Part shown: piece by piece, positions 25,848 through 35,204 of the stretch
How the letters are laid out: the number at the start of each line of letters is the position of its first letter
Numbering within the stretch: position 1 is the stretch's first letter
Source of the DNA: Shigella phage S2_02
Sequence record: OQ223306
DNA length: 50,597 nt
Direction: 5' to 3' (one strand)
Program-made: the position numbers and the translations under genes
Notes under the pieces: model-generated
The model's database searches: none
What the model saw: only the letters and a program-made list of their open reading frames with translations
What the model was told of the DNA's origin: nothing

Positions 25848-28800
25848 ATGATTCAAAAAGTGATAAGCGGATCTAAAGGTGGGTCACAGAAGCCTCATAA
25901 CCCAGTTGAGATGGAAGACAATCTAATCTCAATCAACAAAATCAAGATCCTGTTAGCTGTGTCTGATGGTGAAATTGACGAAACATTCAGCCTAAAGCAG
26001 TTGATGTTTAACTCAGTTCCGGTGCAAAACGAGGATGGATCGTTCAACTTCGAAGGGGTAAAGGCTGAGTTCAGACCGGGAACTCAGACGCAGGAATACA
26101 TCAAGGGCATGGAAGATAGCTCCAGTGAGGTAACTGTAAATCGTGAGGTTACTACCGATAACCCATACACGATCTCAGTAACCAACAAAACGCTGTCGGC
26201 AATCCGTATCAAAATGTTCATGCCTCGCGGCGTACGAATTGAAAGTAACGGAGATAAAAACGGCGTTCGCGTTGAGTACGAAGTGCAACAAGCGGTTGAT
26301 GGCGGTTCGTTTGAGACTGTTCTTACTGACGTAATCGAAGGCAAAACAATGTCAGGTTATGATCGAAGCCGTCGCGTAAACCTTCCTAACTTCAACAATC
26401 AGGTAATATTCAGAGTTGTTCGAAAGACTCCTGACTCCAGTGATTCGAATGTCGTTGATGCAATTCAGGTGAAAAGCTATGCCGAGGTGATTGATGCCAA
26501 ATTCCGTTATCCTCTGACTGGTCTTCTTTTCGTGGAGTTCGATTCGAAGATGTTCCCCAACCAGTTACCTACGATTTCAATTCGTAAGCGCTGGAAGATT
26601 GTAAACGTTCCGTCGAACTACGATCCAGAATCGCGAACATACAACGGCAATTGGGATGGCACTTTCAAAAAAGCATGGACGAATAATCCGGCGTGGGTTC
26701 TTTATGACCTGATGATTAATCAGCGTTACGGCTTGGATCAGAAAGAGCTTGGTATCGCTGTCGATAAATGGGCGCTCTACGAGGCTGCGCAATATTGCGA
26801 TCAGATGGTTCCTGATGGGAAGGGCGGGACGGAACCTCGATACCTTTGCGATGTGATAATCCAGTCTCAAACTGACGCTTACAAGGTTATTCGAGATATT
26901 TGCTCAATCTTTCGAGGTATGAGCTTTTGGAATGGCGAAAGCATTTCGGTAATCATCGACAGGCCGCGTGAGCCTGCGTACATCTTCACTAACGACAACG
27001 TGGTTAATGGTGACTTCTCCTACACGTTTGCAAGCGAAAAGAGCATGTACACGACGTGTAATGTGATGTTTGACGACGAGCAAAACATGTATCAGCAGGA
27101 CGTTGAGCCAGTATTCGATCGTGAGGCTACTCTACGGTTCGGGAACAACGTAACGAGCATTACAGCGATCGGCTGCACACGTCGAAGTGAGGCCAACCGA
27201 CGCGGGAGATGGATTCTGAAAACTAACCTCCGCAGCACTACGGTAAACTTCGCTACCGGGCTTGAAGGTATGATCCCGACAATCGGAGATGTTGTGGCAA
27301 TAGCTGATAACTTCTGGTCAAGCAACTTGACTATGAACCTGTCAGGGCGCTTGCTTGAAGTGTCTGGAAGCCAGATTTTCTTACCGTTCCGAGTGGATGC
27401 GCGCGCAGGTGACTTTATTATCGTAAATAAGCCCGATGGCAAGCCCGTGAAGCGCACAATCTCAAGTGTTAGTGCGGATGGTAAGACTATAGAGATTAAC
27501 ATCGGCTTTGGCTTTCCTGTGAAGCCTAACACGGTATTCGCTATCGACCGCACCGACATTGCGTTACAACAGTACGTCGTGACAAAAATCGACAAGGGAG
27601 ATGATGATGATGAATTTACCTACAAAATCACGGCGGTGGAGTACGATCCTAACAAGTACGATGAGATTGATTACGGAGTTAACATCGACGACAGGCCGAC
27701 GAGCATCGTTGAACCAGATCAGATCCCTAGACCGGAAAACGTGCAAGTGTCCTCAGAGTCACGAATCGTCCAGGGTATGAGCGTAGAAACGATGATCGTT
27801 AGCTGGGATAAAGTGCCGTACGCAGTTTTCTATGATGTCCAGTGGCGAAAGGATAACGGCAACTGGCAAAATGTACCGCAGACGGCAAATAAAGAGGTAT
27901 ACGTTGAAGGTATTTACGCTGGCAACTATCAGGTTCGTGTTCGCTCCGTCGCTGGTTCCGGTACGACTTCAGGATGGTCAAATATCGTAGCTGCGACGCT
28001 GACGGGTAAACAAGGTGAGCCGGGTCGACCGATTAACCTTGCAGCTACGGATGATGTTGTTTTTGGTATCCGTACAAAATGGGGGTTCTCTGATGGTTCT
28101 GGAGATACAGCCTATACGGAGTTGCAACAGTCACCGGATGGAACAGTGGATAACGCAAGTTTGCTTTCTTTGATTCCGTATCCGCAGCATGAGTATTATC
28201 ACTCACCGATGCCTGGAGGGAATATTGTGTGGTATAGGGTAAGGACGGTTGACAGGATCGGTAACGTATCTCAGTGGACTGATTTTGTCAGAGGCATGGC
28301 ATCAACAAACGTTGACGATATCATCGGAGAGATTTCTGTCGATATCGAAAACTCGCCGGGTTACGAGTGGCTTGTTGATAACGCAACCGACAACGCGGCG
28401 CAGAACTCAGCGAACGCAGAGGCAGCAATTGAGAACGCTCTAGCTAATGACAAAGACGCGATCTACATGAAGAAGGAGAACGGAAAACGAAAAGCAGAGT
28501 ACACCAAATCACTGCAACTTATTGCTGATGAGACTCAGGCGAGAGTAACAGCAGTTGAGCAGTTAAGGGCAAGTTTTGGTGATCAGATTAGTGCAAGCAA
28601 TAGCGAATTGCGTGAGGTTATCGCAACCGAGACTGGAGCACTATCGCGTGAGATTGACCAGCTTAAGGCTCAGATTGGTGACGACATTCAGGCAAGTCTG
28701 ACTGATATTCGGGAGGCTATCGCGAACGAGACTGAGGCGAGAACGCAAGCTGACTTGTCGTTAAGCGCGAGGCTTGGAGATAACGAGGCAGCGCTTGCTC

Positions 28801-29297
28801 AAAAATTAGACTCCTGGAGTAATGCTAGTTCGACCGGGGCAATGTACGGCGTCAAGCTGGGTCTGAAATATAACGGTCAGGAATACAGTGCAGGCATGGC
28901 TATGTCTCTGATTGGTTCCGGCGCAGCGGTTAAGGCGCAAATTCTATTCGAAGCGTCACGATTTGCAATCATGACAGGGATGAAAGGCCAGACTCAGTAT
29001 CCTTTCGTGGTTGAGAATGGTCAAGTTATCCTGAGTAGCGCGATCATTAAGGATGGCTTTATTACTAATGCCATGATTGGAAACTGGATTCAATCTAACA
29101 ATTGGGATGGGAATAATGGATGGGCCATAAACAAGAATGGCGACGCTTCATTCATGAATGCAACAGTGAGGGGTAGAATTTACGCAAATAACGGAGAGTT
29201 TGCATTTAACGGAACAAATAACACGGTTCAGATAAACAATAACGGTATCACGGTCAACCTACCTAACGGGGGCCGAGTGGTTGTTGGTGTCTGGTAA
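25848..29297 (+). CDS. central tail fibre / host specificity protein (lambda J-like) (1149 aa)
   Basis: ORF track; size and position at end of tail module. Confidence 0.85.
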   Translation: MIQKVISGSKGGSQKPHNPVEMEDNLISINKIKILLAVSDGEIDETFSLKQLMFNSVPVQNEDGSFNFEGVKAEFRPGTQTQEYIKGMEDSSSEVTVNREVTTDNPYTISVTNKTLSAIRIKMFMPRGVRIESNGDKNGVRVEYEVQQAVDGGSFETVLTDVIEGKTMSGYDRSRRVNLPNFNNQVIFRVVRKTPDSSDSNVVDAIQVKSYAEVIDAKFRYPLTGLLFVEFDSKMFPNQLPTISIRKRWKIVNVPSNYDPESRTYNGNWDGTFKKAWTNNPAWVLYDLMINQRYGLDQKELGIAVDKWALYEAAQYCDQMVPDGKGGTEPRYLCDVIIQSQTDAYKVIRDICSIFRGMSFWNGESISVIIDRPREPAYIFTNDNVVNGDFSYTFASEKSMYTTCNVMFDDEQNMYQQDVEPVFDREATLRFGNNVTSITAIGCTRRSEANRRGRWILKTNLRSTTVNFATGLEGMIPTIGDVVAIADNFWSSNLTMNLSGRLLEVSGSQIFLPFRVDARAGDFIIVNKPDGKPVKRTISSVSADGKTIEINIGFGFPVKPNTVFAIDRTDIALQQYVVTKIDKGDDDDEFTYKITAVEYDPNKYDEIDYGVNIDDRPTSIVEPDQIPRPENVQVSSESRIVQGMSVETMIVSWDKVPYAVFYDVQWRKDNGNWQNVPQTANKEVYVEGIYAGNYQVRVRSVAGSGTTSGWSNIVAATLTGKQGEPGRPINLAATDDVVFGIRTKWGFSDGSGDTAYTELQQSPDGTVDNASLLSLIPYPQHEYYHSPMPGGNIVWYRVRTVDRIGNVSQWTDFVRGMASTNVDDIIGEISVDIENSPGYEWLVDNATDNAAQNSANAEAAIENALANDKDAIYMKKENGKRKAEYTKSLQLIADETQARVTAVEQLRASFGDQISASNSELREVIATETGALSREIDQLKAQIGDDIQASLTDIREAIANETEARTQADLSLSARLGDNEAALAQKLDSWSNASSTGAMYGVKLGLKYNGQEYSAGMAMSLIGSGAAVKAQILFEASRFAIMTGMKGQTQYPFVVENGQVILSSAIIKDGFITNAMIGNWIQSNNWDGNNGWAINKNGDASFMNATVRGRIYANNGEFAFNGTNNTVQINNNGITVNLPNGGRVVVGVW

Positions 29298-29300
29298 CAG

Positions 29301-29330
29301 AAAGGGGCCGATTGGCCCCCTTTTTTTTAA
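29301..29330. terminator. Bidirectional Rho-independent terminator
   Basis: GGGGCC-gatt-GGCCCC flanked by A3 upstream and T8 downstream; sits between convergent genes. Confidence 0.7.
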
Positions 29331-30292
29331 TACATGTTCGGAGTGAAAGGAATTGGCATTGAAATGTTTATATTGAAGGGGAATCGCGCTCCGCTTTGGG
29401 TGGAATAATTACCTACTCTTGTTCCTGGGGCGCTTCTAACGTTACCGCCGCTCATGCAAACGCCCTTGTATCGAATGTTATTATATCCACCTGTAACTCT
29501 GCATATCGTACCTGTTCTCAGTATTGGGAAAAATCCACCGCACCACTGCCAACCATCATTTATCGCCATAGTCCCGCCAAGAACGAAGGGGCGTCTAACG
29601 CTTGAGAAAACGATCTGGCCAGCAGGGTTACTCATAGTTATTCCCGGCCCAGGAGGTGGTGGGGTGTTATTAAATATTACGAGTTGAACGTATACGCTCG
29701 CGCCAACGTCATCAATCCCGTTATAGTTTGCATCCCTGCACCATATTGTATTGCCGTCAGATTCAAGTGTTACGTTTGGATTATCCCACATACCGAAAGG
29801 AACGCCCTGTACTGGCAACTGAGCCTGACCGTTAACCTGAATCCCCCCAACAAATGCAGCGCTCATCAATCTGGCGTTATTCGGTATCGCTGCGAAGTTC
29901 GTTGAATCGTTAACAAGTACCCCCTGATTTCCAGCTTGAGCGGGGAGGATTTCGTAGCAGTTTCCATAAAATCTCATCCTCCTTCCACCGTGCCCGTTAA
30001 AATTACCTACCGTTATTCGTCCGGTTGAATCATTGACCTTCTGAAAACTAGTCAAATAATACACCTCCGGGATGTAATCCATATCGTCTATGTAGATAGC
30101 CTGAGATGGAAGGCAAAAAGCGGTAGATCCTGGACTCATTTGCAGACCAAAATCAAAAACCGATCCAGATGAATCAACTCCGTCAGCCTGTATAGGTCCA
30201 CACCATGACGGGGCGCGAAGCCCTGAAGTTATCTCCATTGCCGGGCGACCGTCGTTTAGGTTTATATATATTCCTTGCCCCATAATTACCAC
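29327..30292 (-). CDS. hypothetical protein co-transcribed with cor-like gene; possible receptor-recognition / tail-fibre-associated protein (321 aa)
   Basis: ORF track; Gly/Asn/Ser-rich with PPPPGPG linker; start overlaps stop of cor-like gene; product assignment speculative. Confidence 0.45.
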   Translation of the reverse strand: MVIMGQGIYINLNDGRPAMEITSGLRAPSWCGPIQADGVDSSGSVFDFGLQMSPGSTAFCLPSQAIYIDDMDYIPEVYYLTSFQKVNDSTGRITVGNFNGHGGRRMRFYGNCYEILPAQAGNQGVLVNDSTNFAAIPNNARLMSAAFVGGIQVNGQAQLPVQGVPFGMWDNPNVTLESDGNTIWCRDANYNGIDDVGASVYVQLVIFNNTPPPPGPGITMSNPAGQIVFSSVRRPFVLGGTMAINDGWQWCGGFFPILRTGTICRVTGGYNNIRYKGVCMSGGNVRSAPGTRVGNYSTQSGARFPFNINISMPIPFTPNMY

Positions 30293-30516
30293 TCTTTAGT
30301 TTTGATTGACACTTTGCCGCTAAAGTTGCCCTGATCGTCGTCGGATGACAGACCTTTGAATCGCATATCAATTTCGCCAGCAGGAACCTTTTGACCATCA
30401 ACGAATCGCATCATGCAAGAACCGTATGCGTAAGTAACGCAGTCGCCATTTTTAAGATTCTGAGCACAACCAGTCAGGATGAATGCCGCAGCAATAATGG
30501 TGATTAACTTTTTCAT
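30286..30516 (-). CDS. cor: Cor-like outer-membrane lipoprotein (superinfection exclusion candidate) (76 aa)
   Basis: ORF track; signal peptide with lipobox LTGC; size and position next to tail-fibre genes as in T1/phi80-type phages (from memory). Confidence 0.55.
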   Translation of the reverse strand: MKKLITIIAAAFILTGCAQNLKNGDCVTYAYGSCMMRFVDGQKVPAGEIDMRFKGLSSDDDQGNFSGKVSIKTKEW

Positions 30517-30545
30517 TCGTGTGTCCTCGTCGTTAGTGTGATTGC

Positions 30546-30574
30546 ATTGTATGTCGCATTTACTTTTATTGCAA
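30546..30574 (-). promoter_or_regulatory. Putative sigma70 promoter for cor operon (TTGCAA-17-TACAAT on minus strand)
   Basis: Minus-strand -35 at 30569-30574 and -10 at 30546-30551, 17-bp spacer; SD GAGGA before cor ATG. Confidence 0.5.
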
Positions 30575-30595
30575 TAGCACGATTACAATTTTTTA

Positions 30596-30950
30596 GTGTA
30601 ACAGGTGTCTATTTTTGTAACCGGAACGGGTGTTACAAAATCCACCACATCCGATCGCAGAGGGATATGATAAAAACTCTATATAATATATATAGATAGA
30701 TAATATTTAATTTTAGCTTTATATATATAATTATTGCTGTGTAACAGTTGTCTATCGTGTAACAGGTGATTTTATTGATTCGTCAAATTTCTATCATATA
30801 TGTTCAAAATTTAATCAATATTGATTCTATTCATGGATATCTGTGTATTTCTAAGAAAATGCTGTTACAAGTATTACACAATAGACACCACATAAAAACA
30901 GCTCTAAGCTATTGATTACGTTGACACTGGTTGTAACTTGAGCGATATAG
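30596..30950. repeat. Array of GTGTAACAG / GTGTCTAT motifs (direct and inverted) with AT-rich tracts in divergent control region
   Basis: Copies read at about 30596-30613, 30616-30637 (palindrome TGTAACC...GTGTTACA), 30736-30768, 30861-30889 (inverted), 30930-30950. Confidence 0.6.
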
Positions 30951-30983
30951 ACACGCAATTACACACCAATTACATGTATTCGA

Positions 30984-31011
30984 TTGACTAAACTCTGTTA
31001 ATGGCTATAAT
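30984..31011 (+). promoter_or_regulatory. Putative strong sigma70 promoter for exonuclease operon (TTGACT-16-TATAAT)
   Basis: TTGACT 30984-30989, TATAAT 31006-31011; about 30 nt upstream of ATG 31043. Confidence 0.6.
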
Positions 31012-31042
31012 GGATTCATCGTAAACGAGGGAGATAAACGAA

Positions 31043-32107
31043 ATGTTCCAGGTATTCACATCAAGTCAGCTTTCTAATGACGAGTATCATAGCAACGAAG
31101 GTTGGGCGGCAGAGTATGTAAGCGGTTCGAGCCTTGCAGAAATTTATCAGACTTGCCCGGCTAACTGGCGATTCAAGAAGAACGAGACTACTAAAGCGCT
31201 GGAGTTCGGCACTCAGTCGCACACTAACTTTGAGAGTCGAGATCTGTTTACTGCAACGTATGCGCGTTGTCCTGCTCCGTCAGAGTTTAAAGATCTTATT
31301 ACTTCGCAAACGGCACTGGCAGCAAAATTAAAATCTTTTGGCCTGAAAGGTACATCCGGTAAGCAGTACCCTGACCTCATCAAAATGATGGTTGATTGCG
31401 GTGAAGATCTCAATGTTCAATATCTTATTGAACTGATTGCTGAAGCTGAGGCGCGCGCTGAAGGAAAGCAACTGGTTGACGCTGATAAATATGATGCCTG
31501 CATGAAGATGAGGGCCATTCTTGAGCAAAACCCAGATCATGAATCGTGCATCAATAGCGAAACTGCGCAGCGTGAGATCTCAATTTTCGGTGAGATATCC
31601 GGCGTCAAGGTTAAGGTTCGACTTGACCATTTGGACTACAAAGAGAATGTACCAGGTCGTGTACTGACTGGTTATGATGAGAATGGTGATCCGGTATTTG
31701 AAGACGTAATTTTCCCGGAAGCACTGATTATCACAGATTTCAAAACTACGATGAGCGCCAACCCGTTAGAGTTCCCGAGACTGGCATACAATCACGGCTA
31801 TTACCTGAAGATGGCATTGCAGCATGACCTGCTACGTCGCGCAATCCAGGCTGGCGCTTTTGAAGGAAACTTCCCGGAAGATATTCCGATCGTAGTTCGA
31901 TTGCTTGCGCAGGAGAAAAAAGAGCCTTATATCGCACTGGCTTACCGTATGACTATGGAGCAAATCAGGATCGGTCGTAACCAGTACATTAGCGTAGTCC
32001 ACACTTACAAGGCTTGCTCTGAAATGGATGTTTGGCCTGGGTACGCTGGCGACGCAAGCGAGATCGAACTTGAAACGCCATCATGGGTGCGTTACCAAAA
32101 TAAGTAA
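31043..32107 (+). CDS. putative recombination exonuclease (PD-(D/E)XK-type) (354 aa)
   Basis: ORF track; motif region IITDFKTT...YNHGYYLKMALQ resembles D..E.K nuclease core; adjacent to Erf and SSB. Confidence 0.55.
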   Translation: MFQVFTSSQLSNDEYHSNEGWAAEYVSGSSLAEIYQTCPANWRFKKNETTKALEFGTQSHTNFESRDLFTATYARCPAPSEFKDLITSQTALAAKLKSFGLKGTSGKQYPDLIKMMVDCGEDLNVQYLIELIAEAEARAEGKQLVDADKYDACMKMRAILEQNPDHESCINSETAQREISIFGEISGVKVKVRLDHLDYKENVPGRVLTGYDENGDPVFEDVIFPEALIITDFKTTMSANPLEFPRLAYNHGYYLKMALQHDLLRRAIQAGAFEGNFPEDIPIVVRLLAQEKKEPYIALAYRMTMEQIRIGRNQYISVVHTYKACSEMDVWPGYAGDASEIELETPSWVRYQNK

Positions 32108-32115
32108 ACGGCACA

Positions 32116-32150
32116 AATAGCTAAACAAATAATTAATGAGGTGTTATAAT
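32116..32150 (+). promoter_or_regulatory. Degenerate box + hairpin carrying TATAAT upstream of erf
   Basis: AATAGCTAAAC at 32116-32126; hairpin ATGAGGTG-ttataatg-CACCTCAT with TATAAT 32145-32150. Confidence 0.4.
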
Positions 32151-32181
32151 GCACCTCATACACCAATCAGGAGAAGTTAAG

Positions 32182-32829
32182 ATGCAATTATCACCAGAAA
32201 CAAACGAAATCCTTCCTGCACTGTTCAATGCTCGCAACAAATTCGCGAAAGCAAAGAAGGACGCTAAAAACAATCACCTGAAAAATTCATACGCAACTCT
32301 TGATGCAATGATGGCGGCAGTAAGCCCGGCGCTAACCGACAACGATATTATGATCCTGCAATCAATGCTGGACACCAGCACGGAAACAACCTTCCATCTT
32401 GAAACGATGCTGATTCACAAATCCGGGCAGTGGGCCAAATTCTTCATGATGATGCCTATTGCAAAGCGCGATCCTCAAGGTGTAGGATCCGCAATGACTT
32501 ACGCTCGGCGCTACTCACTCGCTGCGGCGCTGGGGATTAGTCAGAGTGATGACGATGCTCAGCTTGCAGTGAAATCTGTCAAGGACTGGAAAAAAGAACT
32601 TGATGCGTGTGAAGATATCGAATCACTGAAAGAGGTATGGGCCAGCGCATATCGTCAGACTGACACGGCGAGCAAATCAATCATTCAGGATCATTACAAC
32701 GCACTTAAGGCGAAGTTTGAGGTCGGAAAGGCTCGCGGCATTCGCCCGGCGCAACCGGAACAGAAAAAACAGGTTGAAGCAACGAGCGCGAAACCTGTAC
32801 AATCACAATCAATAACCAACTTTGAATAA
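32182..32829 (+). CDS. Erf-like single-strand annealing protein (215 aa)
   Basis: ORF-track frame 32149..32829; ATG 32182 has SD CAGGAGAAG; central region typical of Erf-family recombinases; followed by SSB. Confidence 0.65.
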   Translation: MQLSPETNEILPALFNARNKFAKAKKDAKNNHLKNSYATLDAMMAAVSPALTDNDIMILQSMLDTSTETTFHLETMLIHKSGQWAKFFMMMPIAKRDPQGVGSAMTYARRYSLAAALGISQSDDDAQLAVKSVKDWKKELDACEDIESLKEVWASAYRQTDTASKSIIQDHYNALKAKFEVGKARGIRPAQPEQKKQVEATSAKPVQSQSITNFE

Positions 32830-32875
32830 CAACTCGGGCGGCTTCGGTCGCCCATAAATTTTAGGAGAGAAAATC

Positions 32876-33289
32876 ATGCATATTATCACTGGCGAGATCC
32901 GAAAAGAACCTAAGATTCTTGAACGTAATGGCGGGAATACTTATATAATCGAACTGGCAGAAAGCTACAAGCCTCGTGATGGCGATCGCGAATACACAAA
33001 CTACACATTCTTTTTTAGCGATGGTGGAAAGCCTGGTCTTGCTGACTGGTATCGTGAGGCATTCCAGGTTGGTCGCGTAGTGTCAGTATCGTGCGAGACG
33101 TTGAAGATCTCATCCCGTGAGCACAACGGAAATGTTTACAATTCATTGCAGGCTGCTGATTTTCCGAAACTGGTATTCAGTCAACGAGGTCAAGGTAATC
33201 AACAACGAGCACCGCAGCAACAACAACGAACGCAATCACAGCCACAGCCAAATCCTCAATCAACTTTCGATGATGATATCCCGTTCTAA
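32876..33289 (+). CDS. ssb: single-stranded DNA-binding protein (137 aa)
   Basis: ORF track; Gln/Pro-rich linker and acidic C-terminal tail DDDIPF typical of SSB. Confidence 0.8.
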   Translation: MHIITGEIRKEPKILERNGGNTYIIELAESYKPRDGDREYTNYTFFFSDGGKPGLADWYREAFQVGRVVSVSCETLKISSREHNGNVYNSLQAADFPKLVFSQRGQGNQQRAPQQQQRTQSQPQPNPQSTFDDDIPF

Positions 33290-33317
33290 CAAAAATCCCC
33301 GCAATGCGGGGATTTTA
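33290..33317. terminator. Bidirectional Rho-independent terminator
   Basis: AAAAATCCCCGC-aat-GCGGGGATTTT between convergent ssb and tail-fibre genes. Confidence 0.7.
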
Positions 33318-35102
33318 TCATTTGGACTTCAACATTTTTATCTCTTCTTGTAACTCTTCAACTTTCTTTATTGTATCCTGCAAAGCTCTCATAGTGTCAA
33401 GCAATAAAGGAGTTGTATCAAGCTCAAGCCTTTCAACTTTTGGCCCGTTTAGCTCGTGGCTCTCATACATCCTTCTCTTAACATATAGATTGTCGATCTC
33501 TTCTATCTCCTGAGCTATAACACCTCGCCTTACCCTTTCTTGCTCATCATCGTTAAATATAAAGTTCCTAAATCTCATTGATTTTATATTGTTGTATGCA
33601 ATGCTTGATTCATCATCCTTTATGCTGTGCTTTATATTTCTGTCAGATGCCGGAACTTGTTGGAAACTTCCAGTCTCTTGTGGTCCAGCGTAAGATATTT
33701 GCCCTGAAGCCATAAACCTGAAATGCATTTGCAGACCAATATTGCCTGCTCCATCCCTATCTTGAGTGCCTACTGATATTTGTGCTCTGGGCCATTCAGC
33801 ATTACCCGTAGTCATCATGCCAAATGCTACGCCGCCAACATACCCTTGCCCCCTTGTATCACACGATCCAGCAACAAGTGATTGATAGTTTTCAGCGCCA
33901 CTATCGGCGGTGTAAGAATTACCCTGGAAGCATGAAGCAGACCACATCTGGTTGTAACCCATAGATGTTTTCTGGCATAAAAACTGATTGGCTCTAAATC
34001 TATTGTTAGTCTCGAAGTAGTTTGCCCCTTCAGAAAATAATAAAGTCCCAGCATAACCATTATCGCTACGTTCTTTTCTGACGTAAATACCTGGCGTAGA
34101 CATTCCATCAGGTGACATAATCATCAATGATGACAATATGGACTTACTACCCCAGCTAGAACCGTCCCATGAATTCCTTCCTGCACCTATAGCGCCAGTG
34201 GTGTTAATAGTAAGAAAGTTAACAGCATCATTTTCACCTAACCCAATATTTTTTCTTGACTCTTTTTTATCCTCAAGACCAGCTAGATTGCCATCCTTAG
34301 TTAAAAGATTTTCAGCATTGATGCTGTTAGCTGCGTCTTTTGCTTCTTGAGCACTTACCGCAGCCGCATCTTTTGAGCTTACCGCATCGTCACGCGCTGC
34401 CTGAGCGTCGTTTTTTGCAGAGGTCGCTGTTTGTGCCGCTGTTTGAGCGTCATTAACGTAACCTGACAGATCGCCTTTTGCGTCATTAATTGCCTGAATC
34501 GCCGCCGCTTCTTCTGAGTCAATGTGAGTGATGGATGAATTTTCTTTTTGCTGCACATCGGTTATAGCCTGATCCTTCGCCGCATTGATGCTACCGACAG
34601 CACCGTCAACAATCTGTTGCGTCTGATTCTTGATTGAGTTAGTTTCATCGCGTGCAGCGTTGGCTGCGTCACGCGCTAATTCAGCCTGATTTTGCGCAGC
34701 TTGAGAATCAGATTTCGCCTGATTCACATCAGCAACTATTTGCTCAAGTTTATTCATATCAAGCTGATTTATCAGATCTATAGCTGCCGCGATCTCAGTC
34801 TCTTTGCTTTGATAGTATCGAAGCGTCTCAGCAACGTTTTGAGCTAATCCGTTAACAGTCAACGAATCGTTAAGCAGGATCACATACTTACCGTCAGCGG
34901 CAGTCTGACCATCCGTAGAGATAGCCTTTAACTCTGTGTCGCTAACGATATCGCTAATCACCGCCAGCTTAATTGGTTGCTCCAGGAATACGATAGTTGC
35001 ACCGACTCGAATCAGAGCAAGTTGATCTTTCCATTTTGTATCGGTTCCGTGAACCGTGCCGTCTGCATCCATTGATGCAGTGCCGCGTCTATATAAAGCC
35101 AT
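33318..35102 (-). CDS. tail fibre protein with C-terminal intramolecular-chaperone (peptidase S74-like) domain (594 aa)
   Basis: ORF track; Ala/Gln/Asp-rich repeats in N-terminal half; C-terminal segment ...SDRNIKHSIKDDESSIAYNNIKSMRFRNFIF... followed by coiled-coil tail, as in auto-cleaving fibre chaperone domains. Confidence 0.7.
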   Translation of the reverse strand: MALYRRGTASMDADGTVHGTDTKWKDQLALIRVGATIVFLEQPIKLAVISDIVSDTELKAISTDGQTAADGKYVILLNDSLTVNGLAQNVAETLRYYQSKETEIAAAIDLINQLDMNKLEQIVADVNQAKSDSQAAQNQAELARDAANAARDETNSIKNQTQQIVDGAVGSINAAKDQAITDVQQKENSSITHIDSEEAAAIQAINDAKGDLSGYVNDAQTAAQTATSAKNDAQAARDDAVSSKDAAAVSAQEAKDAANSINAENLLTKDGNLAGLEDKKESRKNIGLGENDAVNFLTINTTGAIGAGRNSWDGSSWGSKSILSSLMIMSPDGMSTPGIYVRKERSDNGYAGTLLFSEGANYFETNNRFRANQFLCQKTSMGYNQMWSASCFQGNSYTADSGAENYQSLVAGSCDTRGQGYVGGVAFGMMTTGNAEWPRAQISVGTQDRDGAGNIGLQMHFRFMASGQISYAGPQETGSFQQVPASDRNIKHSIKDDESSIAYNNIKSMRFRNFIFNDDEQERVRRGVIAQEIEEIDNLYVKRRMYESHELNGPKVERLELDTTPLLLDTMRALQDTIKKVEELQEEIKMLKSK

Positions 35103-35121
35103 AGTATAAACTCCTTAAGTA

Positions 35122-35174
35122 AATAGCACGAATTGCTAAGCACAGATTTTATCATTGTGCCACCTGCCTTGCAA
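35122..35174 (-). promoter_or_regulatory. Putative sigma70 promoter for tail-fibre gene (TTGCAA-17-TAAAAT, minus strand) with box copy at the start site
   Basis: Minus-strand -35 at 35169-35174, -10 at 35146-35151; box AATAGCACGAATTGCTAAG 35122-35140 between start site and SD AAGGAG. Confidence 0.45.
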
Positions 35175-35182
35175 TGGGCAAT

Positions 35183-35204
35183 AAAAAACCGCCCGAAGGC
35201 GGTT
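35183..35204 (-). terminator. Rho-independent terminator after primase gene (minus strand)
   Basis: AACCGCC-cgaa-GGCGGTT preceded on plus strand by A6 (U-run on minus transcript). Confidence 0.6.
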
